A stretch of 64,000 nucleotides of DNA from a bacterium (lineage in GTDB: Archaea > Nanobdellota > Nanobdellia > Pacearchaeales > GW2011-AR1), in assembly GCA_036787775.1 (NCBI GenBank), contig DAIQOR010000001.1, positions 30,521 to 94,520 of the forward strand. Direction: 5' to 3'. Below the pieces are notes generated by a model, which was given only the letters and a program-made list of their open reading frames with translations, ran no database searches and was not told the origin of the DNA. Both the position numbers and the translations under genes were made by a program. Numbering within the stretch: position 1 is the first letter of the stretch; each line of letters begins with the position of its first letter. Below are positions 18,550-27,721 of the stretch, one piece after another.

Positions 18550-21306
18550 TTAGAATTTCCAAGGAACATATTTAGATGAGTCTCTATCAAGATATTTCTC
18601 TTTTGTTTTTTCATCCACGGAAAATCCTTCAGGATATTCAATTTCCCAAATTTTTATTGGGCCCCTAATTCCTTGGTAATAAACAAATTCTGGAAGATTC
18701 ATTCCTTGGCTCCTCAAACTAGAAATAATTAAATCTGATTCAACATGAGCAATTTTAAAATTTGGAAAATTATTGAAAGGGTCATTCAAAATATATTTCT
18801 GAACAAGCATACCCCTCATTAATCTTGGGCTTAAGAAAAGAGCCATTCCAATAGGATTTGTTTGCACATTTTGCCCATTAGAACTTATTGAAGGAAAAAT
18901 AAAAATTGTTGCATTTATGCCGGACTTGAAATCATAAAAACCATCATTTGTTGAAACATACCTAACATTCACTTTGTGTTGAACTCCGTTATAAACCATT
19001 ATGACATATGGTTGAAGAGCAGATAACTTTCCATTTTCGTCTTTTTTAGAAGGAACAATTGCTGCTCCGATGCCAGTATTTCCTGAAGGAAGAAAAATTT
19101 CCTTTCCATTTTCTTCAATAATTAAATCTTCATCCAAAGCAATTCCTCCAGAATACACATAAGTAGTTTCTTCTTTTGTTTCATAAGTTTGTTTTTCATC
19201 CAATCCCATTACTCCTATCCAAGAAACTCTATCAAAATCCTCATCAGAACCGATGCTAGAAAAAGCCCCATATTTTCCAATATCTGAAGAGTCAATTAAA
19301 AAATAATTTGCATCATGAGTATACAAAAATTCCAAAGCATCTTTTTGATTGTCTCCTGTCAGAACTAATCTACCCATCCAATAATTCCAGAAAGAAATAG
19401 CATTCCCTCCATCCAAAACTGTTGCCCTTTTACCAATACTTTGCACCCAATATCCATAATCCCACCAGTGCCCAAAAACAGATTCTTGAGGCGTCTCAGT
19501 TCTAACCCAATCCATCGCCTTTTGCCATTGCTGAGTATAACCCGAAGGAATCATATTATATGATTGAGCCTTTATTTGTCCGTAATATGTCCAGAAAATA
19601 AAAATACTCAATAAAATAATTGTAATTGCAAGGATTCCCAAAATTAATCTCTTTGTCTCATTCTTTTCCTTGAAAAAACTTTCCACACTTTCATAATTCA
19701 AATAAGCCAAAAAAATCGGAGCAATAGGTCCCAAAACCATAATCAATCGAACTGCACCTCTTGCACTAAAAATAGAAATTAATAAAACAACAAGTAAAAA
19801 AATATACTCAAATCTTATTTTTTTCAATAATTTTTTATCTTCTTTATTATATCTCAAATAAATCTTTGTTGCCAAATAGAAAAATAATAAAACTGCTCCA
19901 TAATAAACAAATTTACTTATAAAATTCTCTCCATTAAAAATACTTGAACCAGAATATCTTGAGAAAATCATTCCCAACAACACCAACGCAAAAGAACCAG
20001 TTAAAATCCAAGCATCTTTTTTCTTAAGTCTTTTCAACATTTTTTTAAATAGAGCAATTGAACCAATAACAAATGCCCAGAACATTAAAGCGATTCCTCC
20101 AACATGCGGACCAAAACTTGCTTCCCATTCTATAAAGTAAGGTTGCCTATTTTCTGCAACAGTTGTGTTCCATCTTCCAGTAACTGGTTTAAATATTTGC
20201 TGATGGATTGCCTTTGCTTTATCCATAACAAAAGAAGTGTCTACAAAGACTGTTGCAAAAATAATCACTAAAAGAATGGTGAAAATTAAAGAGATAATTT
20301 GTTTTGGAAGTTTTATCTTTTTTAATGTTTCATTTTTTGAAATTTTTGTATTCCATATTAAAAAGTGAATTACCATTATGATTAAAACCAGGAATGCAAT
20401 TCCCATATCAAGCGAAGTTATCATATTTTTTAATTTCATATATGGTTGAATGATAAGAGTTAGAATTGTTGAAATAAGAATCCATATAATATAGACTGTG
20501 TATTGATTTAAGTCAACCTTATTCAAGATGAATGCAATTAAGACGGATATCGCTAAAGGAATATAAATAAACATTACTCCTCCCCAAATCGCTCCCATAA
20601 GGGATGTTGAAATTCCAGTCAACACCCCAAAAAGAACCGCGAATTTAATCTTTTCACTTTTCCATGCTTTTAAAAATAAATAAAATGTTAAGAACATAAA
20701 GAAAAATGCCGCAGATTCTTTTTCAGGAATTCCAGCAATTGTTCGAGATAAAAATACGGGAGTAACAATCATAAAAAAAGTCGAGATTAAAGCAATAATA
20801 TTCGCCTTAGTTTTGCTCTTAGGACTTTTTCTAACAAAAACTTCTCTAACAAAAAGGAAGAAAGAAATTATTGTCAAAGCAAACATAATCACAGGAAACA
20901 ATGCAGCAGAAAATTCAATATTATTTGCAGAATAAAAAAGATTTGTAATTGAGTAAGTCCAAACAATCATTTTTGGGAGAAGCATGGTTTCTTTTGCTGT
21001 TTCAAAACCAAGAGGGGTATTTCTCATCATGTCTATTTTAGCTACAGAACCATTGTCAATAATTTCCCCTGCATATCGTGTAAATAACCATGGATCTAAA
21101 TCTGGTCCGAGTGTCCAATTATTTGTTGTAAAATCCCACAAACCGGGAAATCCGCCGTGATCCTGCATGGGCAAAGTACGAATATAAATTCCCAAAACTA
21201 AAGCAACAATCAACAATCCAATAACCCAAACTTGCTTCTTCTTTAGAAAATCTAAAACCTTCGCTTTTCTTTTTTCCAAATCCTCGAATGTATTTTCTGT
21301 TTCCAT
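18550..21306 (-). CDS. aglB: Archaeal oligosaccharyltransferase AglB (STT3)
   Basis: 918 aa, N-terminal multi-TM domain, diagnostic WWDYGYW motif (HWWDYGYWVQ), C-terminal periplasmic domain. Confidence 0.9.
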   Translation of the reverse strand: METENTFEDLEKRKAKVLDFLKKKQVWVIGLLIVALVLGIYIRTLPMQDHGGFPGLWDFTTNNWTLGPDLDPWLFTRYAGEIIDNGSVAKIDMMRNTPLGFETAKETMLLPKMIVWTYSITNLFYSANNIEFSAALFPVIMFALTIISFFLFVREVFVRKSPKSKTKANIIALISTFFMIVTPVFLSRTIAGIPEKESAAFFFMFLTFYLFLKAWKSEKIKFAVLFGVLTGISTSLMGAIWGGVMFIYIPLAISVLIAFILNKVDLNQYTVYIIWILISTILTLIIQPYMKLKNMITSLDMGIAFLVLIIMVIHFLIWNTKISKNETLKKIKLPKQIISLIFTILLVIIFATVFVDTSFVMDKAKAIHQQIFKPVTGRWNTTVAENRQPYFIEWEASFGPHVGGIALMFWAFVIGSIALFKKMLKRLKKKDAWILTGSFALVLLGMIFSRYSGSSIFNGENFISKFVYYGAVLLFFYLATKIYLRYNKEDKKLLKKIRFEYIFLLVVLLISIFSARGAVRLIMVLGPIAPIFLAYLNYESVESFFKEKNETKRLILGILAITIILLSIFIFWTYYGQIKAQSYNMIPSGYTQQWQKAMDWVRTETPQESVFGHWWDYGYWVQSIGKRATVLDGGNAISFWNYWMGRLVLTGDNQKDALEFLYTHDANYFLIDSSDIGKYGAFSSIGSDEDFDRVSWIGVMGLDEKQTYETKEETTYVYSGGIALDEDLIIEENGKEIFLPSGNTGIGAAIVPSKKDENGKLSALQPYVIMVYNGVQHKVNVRYVSTNDGFYDFKSGINATIFIFPSISSNGQNVQTNPIGMALFLSPRLMRGMLVQKYILNDPFNNFPNFKIAHVESDLIISSLRSQGMNLPEFVYYQGIRGPIKIWEIEYPEGFSVDEKTKEKYLDRDSSKYVPWKF

Positions 21307-21438
21307 TTAATTTAACAATTCATCAGCGTTAAGATCTTTCATAACCATTTCCTTTCCACAATAAGGGCAAGGCTTGTCTCTTCTCTCGACTTCAGAATCA
21401 AATTTATAATTGCAATTTTTACAAACAAATTTCACCAT
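21307..21438 (-). CDS. Small zinc-ribbon protein (43 aa, CxxC...CxxC), not in ORF track
   Basis: Manual translation: MVKFVCKNCNYKFDSEVERRDKPCPYCGKEMVMKDLNADELLN; stop directly abuts aglB start codon (same strand, upstream). Confidence 0.5.
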   Translation of the reverse strand: MVKFVCKNCNYKFDSEVERRDKPCPYCGKEMVMKDLNADELLN

Positions 21439-21475
21439 AGTTTATGTAAATAATATCGATATATAAAGATTTCTT

Positions 21476-22324
21476 TTAAAAAATAAGTGGTGTTAAATAA
21501 ACCTCAATCACCGCAGCAAGGATTAAAATTACCACCGCTATAAACAATAACACAAATGCATTCTCCAAAACCCTCACAAATTTCTTATTTTTAACGCCGT
21601 GTCGAATAACTCCTACCCCAAATATTCCTCCAGCCAAAGCAGTCACAAAATATGCTGTAATTTCCGGAAATCCATGAATCATATATCTTCCAATTCCAAT
21701 AGGAATTTCTCCCAGAGAATAATTTGTAAAAATTCCTATCGCAGCCGCAATCACACTCGCGTTCCAAATTAAAATAAAAATCGCCCCGGCACCAAATATC
21801 AGCGAAAAAATTAAAGTAAAAATCATCACATAAACATTATTTTCCAAAATTGAAAGGAATCTCATTTCTTTACTTGCTCCTCCTGTTATCCCACCAGAGG
21901 TATATTGTGAAACACAACCCTCAACATTTCCAGGACTATTTATTTGACAATAAGTTCCAATCTGAAAGTTCAATAAATTCGAATCTTGCAAAACAATATT
22001 CCAAAACGAAAAAGCAATTATAAATCCAAGGAACAACCACATCAAAGCATAAATCGCATCCTTGTGCATATTCCAAACACTAAAAAATCCCTCGACGAGT
22101 TCGTCTTCTTTTTCTTCCTGTCTAATTAAATAATACATATATGGAAGTGTGAACATTATACAAAAAGCAATCACAATCATTCCTGAAGCTTTTGACAATT
22201 CAGGGTCCGAAGAAAAAAACCAATGCACCAACAACAAAGAAAGCGAAGCATAAACCAGCCCCACAAAAAGCATTTTCCAAGGTCCTTTCTCACTCTCTTT
22301 TGGATTAATTATCATCTCTAACAT
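21476..22324 (-). CDS. DUF95 / SpoIIM-family integral membrane protein
   Basis: C-terminal IHGFPEITAYFVTALAGG resembles the HGifEipAi...aG motif of PF01944; 282 aa with insertion containing Cys/Gly-rich loop. Confidence 0.45.
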   Translation of the reverse strand: MLEMIINPKESEKGPWKMLFVGLVYASLSLLLVHWFFSSDPELSKASGMIVIAFCIMFTLPYMYYLIRQEEKEDELVEGFFSVWNMHKDAIYALMWLFLGFIIAFSFWNIVLQDSNLLNFQIGTYCQINSPGNVEGCVSQYTSGGITGGASKEMRFLSILENNVYVMIFTLIFSLIFGAGAIFILIWNASVIAAAIGIFTNYSLGEIPIGIGRYMIHGFPEITAYFVTALAGGIFGVGVIRHGVKNKKFVRVLENAFVLLFIAVVILILAAVIEVYLTPLIF

Positions 22325-22383
22325 ATTTAAAGAAGAAGAAAAGGATTTTTAAACATTTGTTAACTTATGAACTTGAGGTGTAT

Positions 22384-23205
22384 ATGAAATCATTTTTACA
22401 AAAAAGAAAACAATTTAATTTAATTGCCAGAGATATAAAATCAATTAAAATTCAAGGTGCAAGAAATGTCGCGAAGTCTGCGTTGAAAGCTTATCACTTA
22501 ATTCCGACGGAGAGGTCAAAAAAGAAACTTCTAAAACTTCGTCCGACAGAACCGATGCTTCAAAATGTTTTGGAAAAAGCAACAACCCAACCTTACAAAA
22601 AAGTTTTAGCTCATTTTGACGAAGCTCAAGAAAAAATAAACAAAAATGTTTTCCAATTAATAAATAATCACAACGTTCTTTTCACACACTGTCATTCCAC
22701 AAATGTTATCAACGCTTTAATTTATTCAAAAAAGAAAGGAAAAAAATTCGAAGTTTACAACACCGAAACAAGACCATTATTTCAAGGAAGAAGAACAGCA
22801 AAAGAATTGAAAAGAAATAAAATTAAAGTAACTATGTTTGTAGATTCTGCCCTAGGAATTGCTTTAAGCAAAGAACAGGGAACAAAAAAAGTAAATAAAA
22901 TTTTTCTCGGAGCTGACGCACTAACAAAAAAAGGAGTAATTAATAAGGTGGGTTCAGAAGTAATTGCACAAATCGCAAAAAATCAAAACATTCCATTTTA
23001 TATCGTCGCTGATTCTTGGAAATACACAAACAAAGATTTATCAATTGAACAAAGAGAATTAAATGAAGTTTGGGATAAAGCACTAGAGCACATCAAAATA
23101 AAAAATCCTGCATTCGAATTTGTCGATAAAAAATATATTACTGGAATTGTAACAGAATTAGGAATTATGAAATATGGGGAATTTGTTAAAAAAATAAAAA
23201 GTTAA
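22384..23205 (+). CDS. eIF-2B alpha/beta/delta family protein (candidate ribose-1,5-bisphosphate isomerase)
   Basis: IF-2B fold motifs FTHCHSTNV, IFLGADALTKKGVINKVGS, YIVADSWKY; ORF track starts at TTG 22357, first ATG 22384. Confidence 0.6.
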   Translation: MKSFLQKRKQFNLIARDIKSIKIQGARNVAKSALKAYHLIPTERSKKKLLKLRPTEPMLQNVLEKATTQPYKKVLAHFDEAQEKINKNVFQLINNHNVLFTHCHSTNVINALIYSKKKGKKFEVYNTETRPLFQGRRTAKELKRNKIKVTMFVDSALGIALSKEQGTKKVNKIFLGADALTKKGVINKVGSEVIAQIAKNQNIPFYIVADSWKYTNKDLSIEQRELNEVWDKALEHIKIKNPAFEFVDKKYITGIVTELGIMKYGEFVKKIKS

Positions 23206-23705
23206 CAACACCCACACTCTTCATCTTCGCAAGTACAATCTTCATCTTCACAGCATTTCTCTTCTTTTCCTTCACACTTACAATTTCCACCACAAGCATG
23301 ACCCCCGTTTTCCATTCCTTGAGCATCCATAACTGCTTTCGTCAATTCTTGATTAATATCTTCCATCGCGTTATCCAATTCAATTCTCGCTTTTCCCAAT
23401 CTCCTGAGTTGTTCTTGAATTAATGCCTTTGTTTCATCGATACTTTTCTTAACTAAATTTTTTTCTCCGACATCCACCAACAAATCCTCAGAAATTAATT
23501 TCGCTTTCGCAAAGATCCCTCGACCAATCGGCGCCATAATTTCCTTCCCTTTAGCACCTTTCAATTCATCAAGTCCTAAATTCAAAGAACTCAACTCAAC
23601 AGTCCCTTTCTCCACTGCCTCAAGCTGTTGCTGAATTTGCTGAATCTGTTGCTCAAACATCTGAAACTTTATCATAAGTTCTTGGTTCATTTCCATAATA
23701 TTCAC
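23202..23705 (-). CDS. pfdA: Prefoldin alpha subunit with Cys-rich acidic C-terminal tail
   Basis: Coiled coil - beta hairpin (KEIMAPIGRGIFAKAKLISEDLLVDVG) - coiled coil; tail HACGGNCKCEGKEEKCCEDEDCTCEDEECGCC. Confidence 0.65.
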   Translation of the reverse strand: MNIMEMNQELMIKFQMFEQQIQQIQQQLEAVEKGTVELSSLNLGLDELKGAKGKEIMAPIGRGIFAKAKLISEDLLVDVGEKNLVKKSIDETKALIQEQLRRLGKARIELDNAMEDINQELTKAVMDAQGMENGGHACGGNCKCEGKEEKCCEDEDCTCEDEECGCC

Positions 23706-23732
23706 AAAATTAGTTTACTTTTAAAACTTCCG

Positions 23733-24137
23733 TTAAGCAACATTCAAAACTTTTCTCAGAATAATACTCGAAGCAATCGCCCCGCCGAAATACCACCAGA
23801 ACCAACTTGCAAGCACTTCGGTATAAATTCCCCTTATCCAAGCGAACACGAGAATCAATGGAATAAAAGTATACAACATCGGTTTCATCGAATGTTTCAT
23901 CATCTCCATCGAGCAAGTCATCATTTCTTTCTGAATCTCGCCCTGCTTCTTCAAATCTCCCTTCGCATCTTTAATCTTAATCTGACACGCCTTCTGCACA
24001 GCCTTCAATTCCTTAAGTCTCTTCTGATCCGTAAACTTCTTCGTAACCAGCGTCATAAAAAGCGTAATCAAAAATGCAACTAAAACAACACTCACTTTCG
24101 CATTAACAATCATCCATTCTTTTATTATTTCCAACAT
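23733..24137 (-). CDS. DUF106 family membrane protein (archaeal YidC/Oxa1/EMC3-like insertase candidate)
   Basis: TM1 - basic coiled coil - TM2 - TM3 topology in 134 aa; immediately upstream of secY. Confidence 0.5.
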   Translation of the reverse strand: MLEIIKEWMIVNAKVSVVLVAFLITLFMTLVTKKFTDQKRLKELKAVQKACQIKIKDAKGDLKKQGEIQKEMMTCSMEMMKHSMKPMLYTFIPLILVFAWIRGIYTEVLASWFWWYFGGAIASSIILRKVLNVA

Positions 24138-24233
24138 AAAATAAAAAAGAAAAAATAGTTTTTAAGAGTTTAGTTTTATTCATCCCCCATTTTTCTTCTT
24201 AATTTTCCCAAATTTTAGATTAAAGAATCAAAA

Positions 24234-25688
24234 TTAACCACCCATGAATTTCTTCATAGCAGGATTCATATCTTCTGCGTGTTTCTGTGCAATGCTCTGA
24301 TAGAACTGGAACATAATCATAATTACCAACAGCATCGCTGTTCCTGCAACCAAAGCACCCATCATGTTTGTTATCGACGCCAAGAAACCAATTGCCGCAC
24401 CACCCATAACTGTCAAAGGCATAATGTATCTATCTAAAATACTTTCTAAAATTCTAATGTCTTGTCTGAAACCTGCAACTTGCAATCCCGAAGCCGCAAT
24501 TTTCTGAGCCTGCGCTTTTGAATCCATCCCGGAAGTTTTAACCCAGAACACCGAAAAAATAGCACAGAAAATAATAAAGAAAAGCATGTGAGTAATTCCT
24601 TGAATTAAATAAATCCATAAAAATCCTCCCCGGATTAATAATTCTAAAATATTAGTTGAACCTAACCAAAACGCCATTCCCGAAACTGCTTGCCCGTCGA
24701 CAAAGTGTCCAAAGAAAGTAAAGTAAGAAGCAATTTTCGCACTGCCAGCACAAACCGCGCCTTCAACAGCATTATCTAAACAAGGTGCCGCAACATTTTC
24801 AATAAGCCCACCGAACAATTGCATATTTGCCAAAAGTGCCGAAACTAAAATAACTGGAATAACTGAAGCATAAAAGAAAGACAACGGCCACTTAATTGAG
24901 TAACCTCTTATTCTTCCAAAAGATAAAGGAATTTCAACTTTCAAAGATTGTGCCCAAACAACAGCCAAGAAAATAACAATTGTAGCAAGAATTGCCGCCG
25001 CCGCCGAAACAAATTCAATAGGATATTTATTTATCACCGACTGAATTAAAACTAAAATTTTCCCCGAGCAAGCGGTGTTCTTAAAATCTAACAAACAATT
25101 TCTTCCCTGAGTATCAACAAACTGCAACGCGCTCGTAATAATTCTCCACGAAACTCCCGCACCAATAAATAAACTAACTCCTGAACCGAAACCCCATTTT
25201 TCAGAAAGTTCGTTCATATAAAAAATCGCCAGTCCTCCAAGAATCAACTGACCAATAACTATCCAAGTAAAACCTGGCAACGCTTGAAGACCCTGCATCA
25301 AAACATAAATCATCGCCTCGAACACAATAAAAAAGAAAGTTAATAATTTCTGAAGTCCCCCGAAAAACTTTTTACCCTCGGCAGTGGTGGTGTCAATATT
25401 AATAATTCCAGAACCCGACAGCAACTGCAAAATAATCGAAGCCATTACGATTGGACCAATACCTAAAGAAATTATTGAACCAAAATCTGTTCCAAGAATA
25501 ATCGCAAGATATTCAAACCGACTCAAAGCATTCGCCGACAAACCGAAAAGCGAAACATTCGCCAAAATAAAAAACGCTCCCAACACAATTAAAGTCCATT
25601 TCAACTTCGTGTTAAAGTCAAGTTTTTTCTCACTAGGACTCTTCACTTCCGGAATGTAATTAAATAAATCTCTCAAAGCCATTTTCAA
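24234..25688 (-). CDS. secY: Preprotein translocase subunit SecY
   Basis: 484 aa, 10 TM, archaeal SecY N-terminus MKMALRDLFNYIPEV...; follows L15 in ribosomal cluster. Confidence 0.9.
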   Translation of the reverse strand: MKMALRDLFNYIPEVKSPSEKKLDFNTKLKWTLIVLGAFFILANVSLFGLSANALSRFEYLAIILGTDFGSIISLGIGPIVMASIILQLLSGSGIINIDTTTAEGKKFFGGLQKLLTFFFIVFEAMIYVLMQGLQALPGFTWIVIGQLILGGLAIFYMNELSEKWGFGSGVSLFIGAGVSWRIITSALQFVDTQGRNCLLDFKNTACSGKILVLIQSVINKYPIEFVSAAAAILATIVIFLAVVWAQSLKVEIPLSFGRIRGYSIKWPLSFFYASVIPVILVSALLANMQLFGGLIENVAAPCLDNAVEGAVCAGSAKIASYFTFFGHFVDGQAVSGMAFWLGSTNILELLIRGGFLWIYLIQGITHMLFFIIFCAIFSVFWVKTSGMDSKAQAQKIAASGLQVAGFRQDIRILESILDRYIMPLTVMGGAAIGFLASITNMMGALVAGTAMLLVIMIMFQFYQSIAQKHAEDMNPAMKKFMGG

Positions 25689-25728
25689 TAATTAAAAATA
25701 AGAACGAGTATTTTTAAAGGTTGTTAGT

Positions 25729-26223
25729 TTAAATTCTCCATCCATAAGCAGAATATAAAATAGCTTGAGGTTCGTAAACAAGCCATTCCCTCAATTTTTT
25801 TCCAATCAAAGTTCTTCCTTCCTGATCTTCCGTGTGACCATCAATAACATGATACAATTCATGCTCTAAACTGCAAACACTAGAATTTTTATTGAATTTT
25901 ATCAAATGTGTTTTATTTCCAATTTTTTTGGCTCCATTCCCTCGCTTATTAAACTCTCCTTCTTCAAGGTTATACGTTTCCAAAAATTCTTTCCACTTGT
26001 CAGGCGTATAAAAATAAATTTCAATTTCTAAATCTTTTTCTGCTTTCAAATCCTCTCGGATTCTTTGAGTTTCCGCTATTAATTCAGTTTGACTCCTTAT
26101 TTTTGGAGAACTTTTTGCACAATCTGTAGCAATACTCTTGAGAGTTTTTACATAACATTTTGGACTAGCCAAAATAATTGCCGTAGCAATTCCCCCATAA
26201 ATACATTTTCTAAGTGATACCAT
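25729..26223 (-). CDS. Hypothetical HExxH zincin-like protein
   Basis: SLEHELYHVIDGH (HExxH) near C-terminus, hydrophobic N-terminus; inserted between secY and rpl15. Confidence 0.35.
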   Translation of the reverse strand: MVSLRKCIYGGIATAIILASPKCYVKTLKSIATDCAKSSPKIRSQTELIAETQRIREDLKAEKDLEIEIYFYTPDKWKEFLETYNLEEGEFNKRGNGAKKIGNKTHLIKFNKNSSVCSLEHELYHVIDGHTEDQEGRTLIGKKLREWLVYEPQAILYSAYGWRI

Positions 26224-26290
26224 GCCTTTACCGCAACTTTTTACTTATTTAAATCTTTCTATATGTAACTATTTTTTAGAGATAACAGAA

Positions 26291-27721
26291 TTATATTTCA
26301 ACTGCATTCCTATCCACTTTTTTCCTTACAACACCATTTTCATCTTTACAAACTTCGCAACCATGAGAAGTATATTTATGAAGTAATGGACAATTGCCTG
26401 GTCCAGAAACGTCCTTTATTGCAAAAGTTTCTTGATGATAACAACAAGAAAATCCTTTTTCACATTCATTAATTGAAAGATAATCATAAGCTTCTTCAAT
26501 AGGTTCTCCAAGAGCAATATAATCGCCCCTTAACAATTTTCTATAGTAGTATCTTACATTCGGTAAGAAAGTTGAATCTCCTGTAAGAACCAATTTATTT
26601 CCTTCTGGAGTATTAACTTCTATGCTCCCCCCAGTTTCTCCAGATTTTTTTTTCTGAGTAAAAAGAGAATTATACTTTGGTTTTGCTCCAAGCACCCCAA
26701 TCCCAAATATTTGCAGTCCTGCATTTGCGGGATCATTCGGATTTTCATAATAAGCATAAATATTAGAAGTCATTCCATCACTAAACGCTCCTCCATTCTC
26801 AATCCTTAATTCAGCTCTAATTTCTTGCCCATCCACATTTCGAGCATCCACATTAACATATTCAGTTACCCCTCCTTTCAAAGGTCTGAATGAAAAATAT
26901 TTCTGATTAGGAATTCTCAAACTATTTTGAAATTCAACTAAAGGGCATTCCAAATCTTCTACTTCGCATCCACTAACAACTGATAAATCTCCTAATGAAA
27001 CATATGTCCCTTCATGTTTTTTTCCATCAAAAAATAAATTAACTCTTTCATTAAAACTTGTAACATCTATTCCCTGTTGAATTTTTTCATATTTTCCTTC
27101 AAAATTTACAACTTCTCGAGGAGCAATATAAACTTGCCCAGATGAGTCAACTCGCACATTCCCATTAATTGGTTCCGCACATTTTTCACAAGTAATTAAC
27201 TGATTAAATAATTCCCCTCCTGCTTGAGGAATGTTTGCAAGTTCCAACGCAACTTCATTTATTGATTGTCCTTTTTCCACAATTACTTGAACTGAAGGTT
27301 TCTTATCTTTTTCATAAACTAATCTCGCACCTTTTGGAACAAAAACTTTTTCTCCCTCAATTACACAAATAGAAGTTTTAGAAGAGACATAATTTGCTTT
27401 AACCACATTAAAACTTTCATCTAATATAAAATTGTTCTCTTCAACACTTATTCCCTCAAAGTTATTTCCAGAAATATCTGAAATTCCATCCGTATTAGCA
27501 AATTCTCCAACTACTGATATCTGGTAATTTCCCCCTTGCTCTGCAATTTTTTCTCCTTCAAAAACATTAATCGTTTCTATATTATTTATCACTCCCGGTT
27601 CAATCCTGATTTTCTCAAGAGAGAATGTTTCGGCCATAACTAAATTGCAAGTCAAGGACAAAAAAAACATTCCAATAATTAGACAAATAATTTTTCTTTT
27701 CATTTTCCGACAAAAATCCAT
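26291..27721 (-). CDS. Secreted hypothetical protein with C-terminal Cys-rich module
   Basis: N-terminal signal/TM (IICLIIGMFFLSLTCNLVMA), 476 aa, C-terminal CEKGFSCCYHQ...GNCPLLHKYTSHGCEVC. Confidence 0.4.
   Translation of the reverse strand: MDFCRKMKRKIICLIIGMFFLSLTCNLVMAETFSLEKIRIEPGVINNIETINVFEGEKIAEQGGNYQISVVGEFANTDGISDISGNNFEGISVEENNFILDESFNVVKANYVSSKTSICVIEGEKVFVPKGARLVYEKDKKPSVQVIVEKGQSINEVALELANIPQAGGELFNQLITCEKCAEPINGNVRVDSSGQVYIAPREVVNFEGKYEKIQQGIDVTSFNERVNLFFDGKKHEGTYVSLGDLSVVSGCEVEDLECPLVEFQNSLRIPNQKYFSFRPLKGGVTEYVNVDARNVDGQEIRAELRIENGGAFSDGMTSNIYAYYENPNDPANAGLQIFGIGVLGAKPKYNSLFTQKKKSGETGGSIEVNTPEGNKLVLTGDSTFLPNVRYYYRKLLRGDYIALGEPIEEAYDYLSINECEKGFSCCYHQETFAIKDVSGPGNCPLLHKYTSHGCEVCKDENGVVRKKVDRNAVEI

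Noticed and set aside
21476-22324. SpoIIM/DUF95 membrane protein as a sporulation-related gene
   Set aside because: Family is widespread in non-sporulating archaea; the name is historical and sporulation is not inferred
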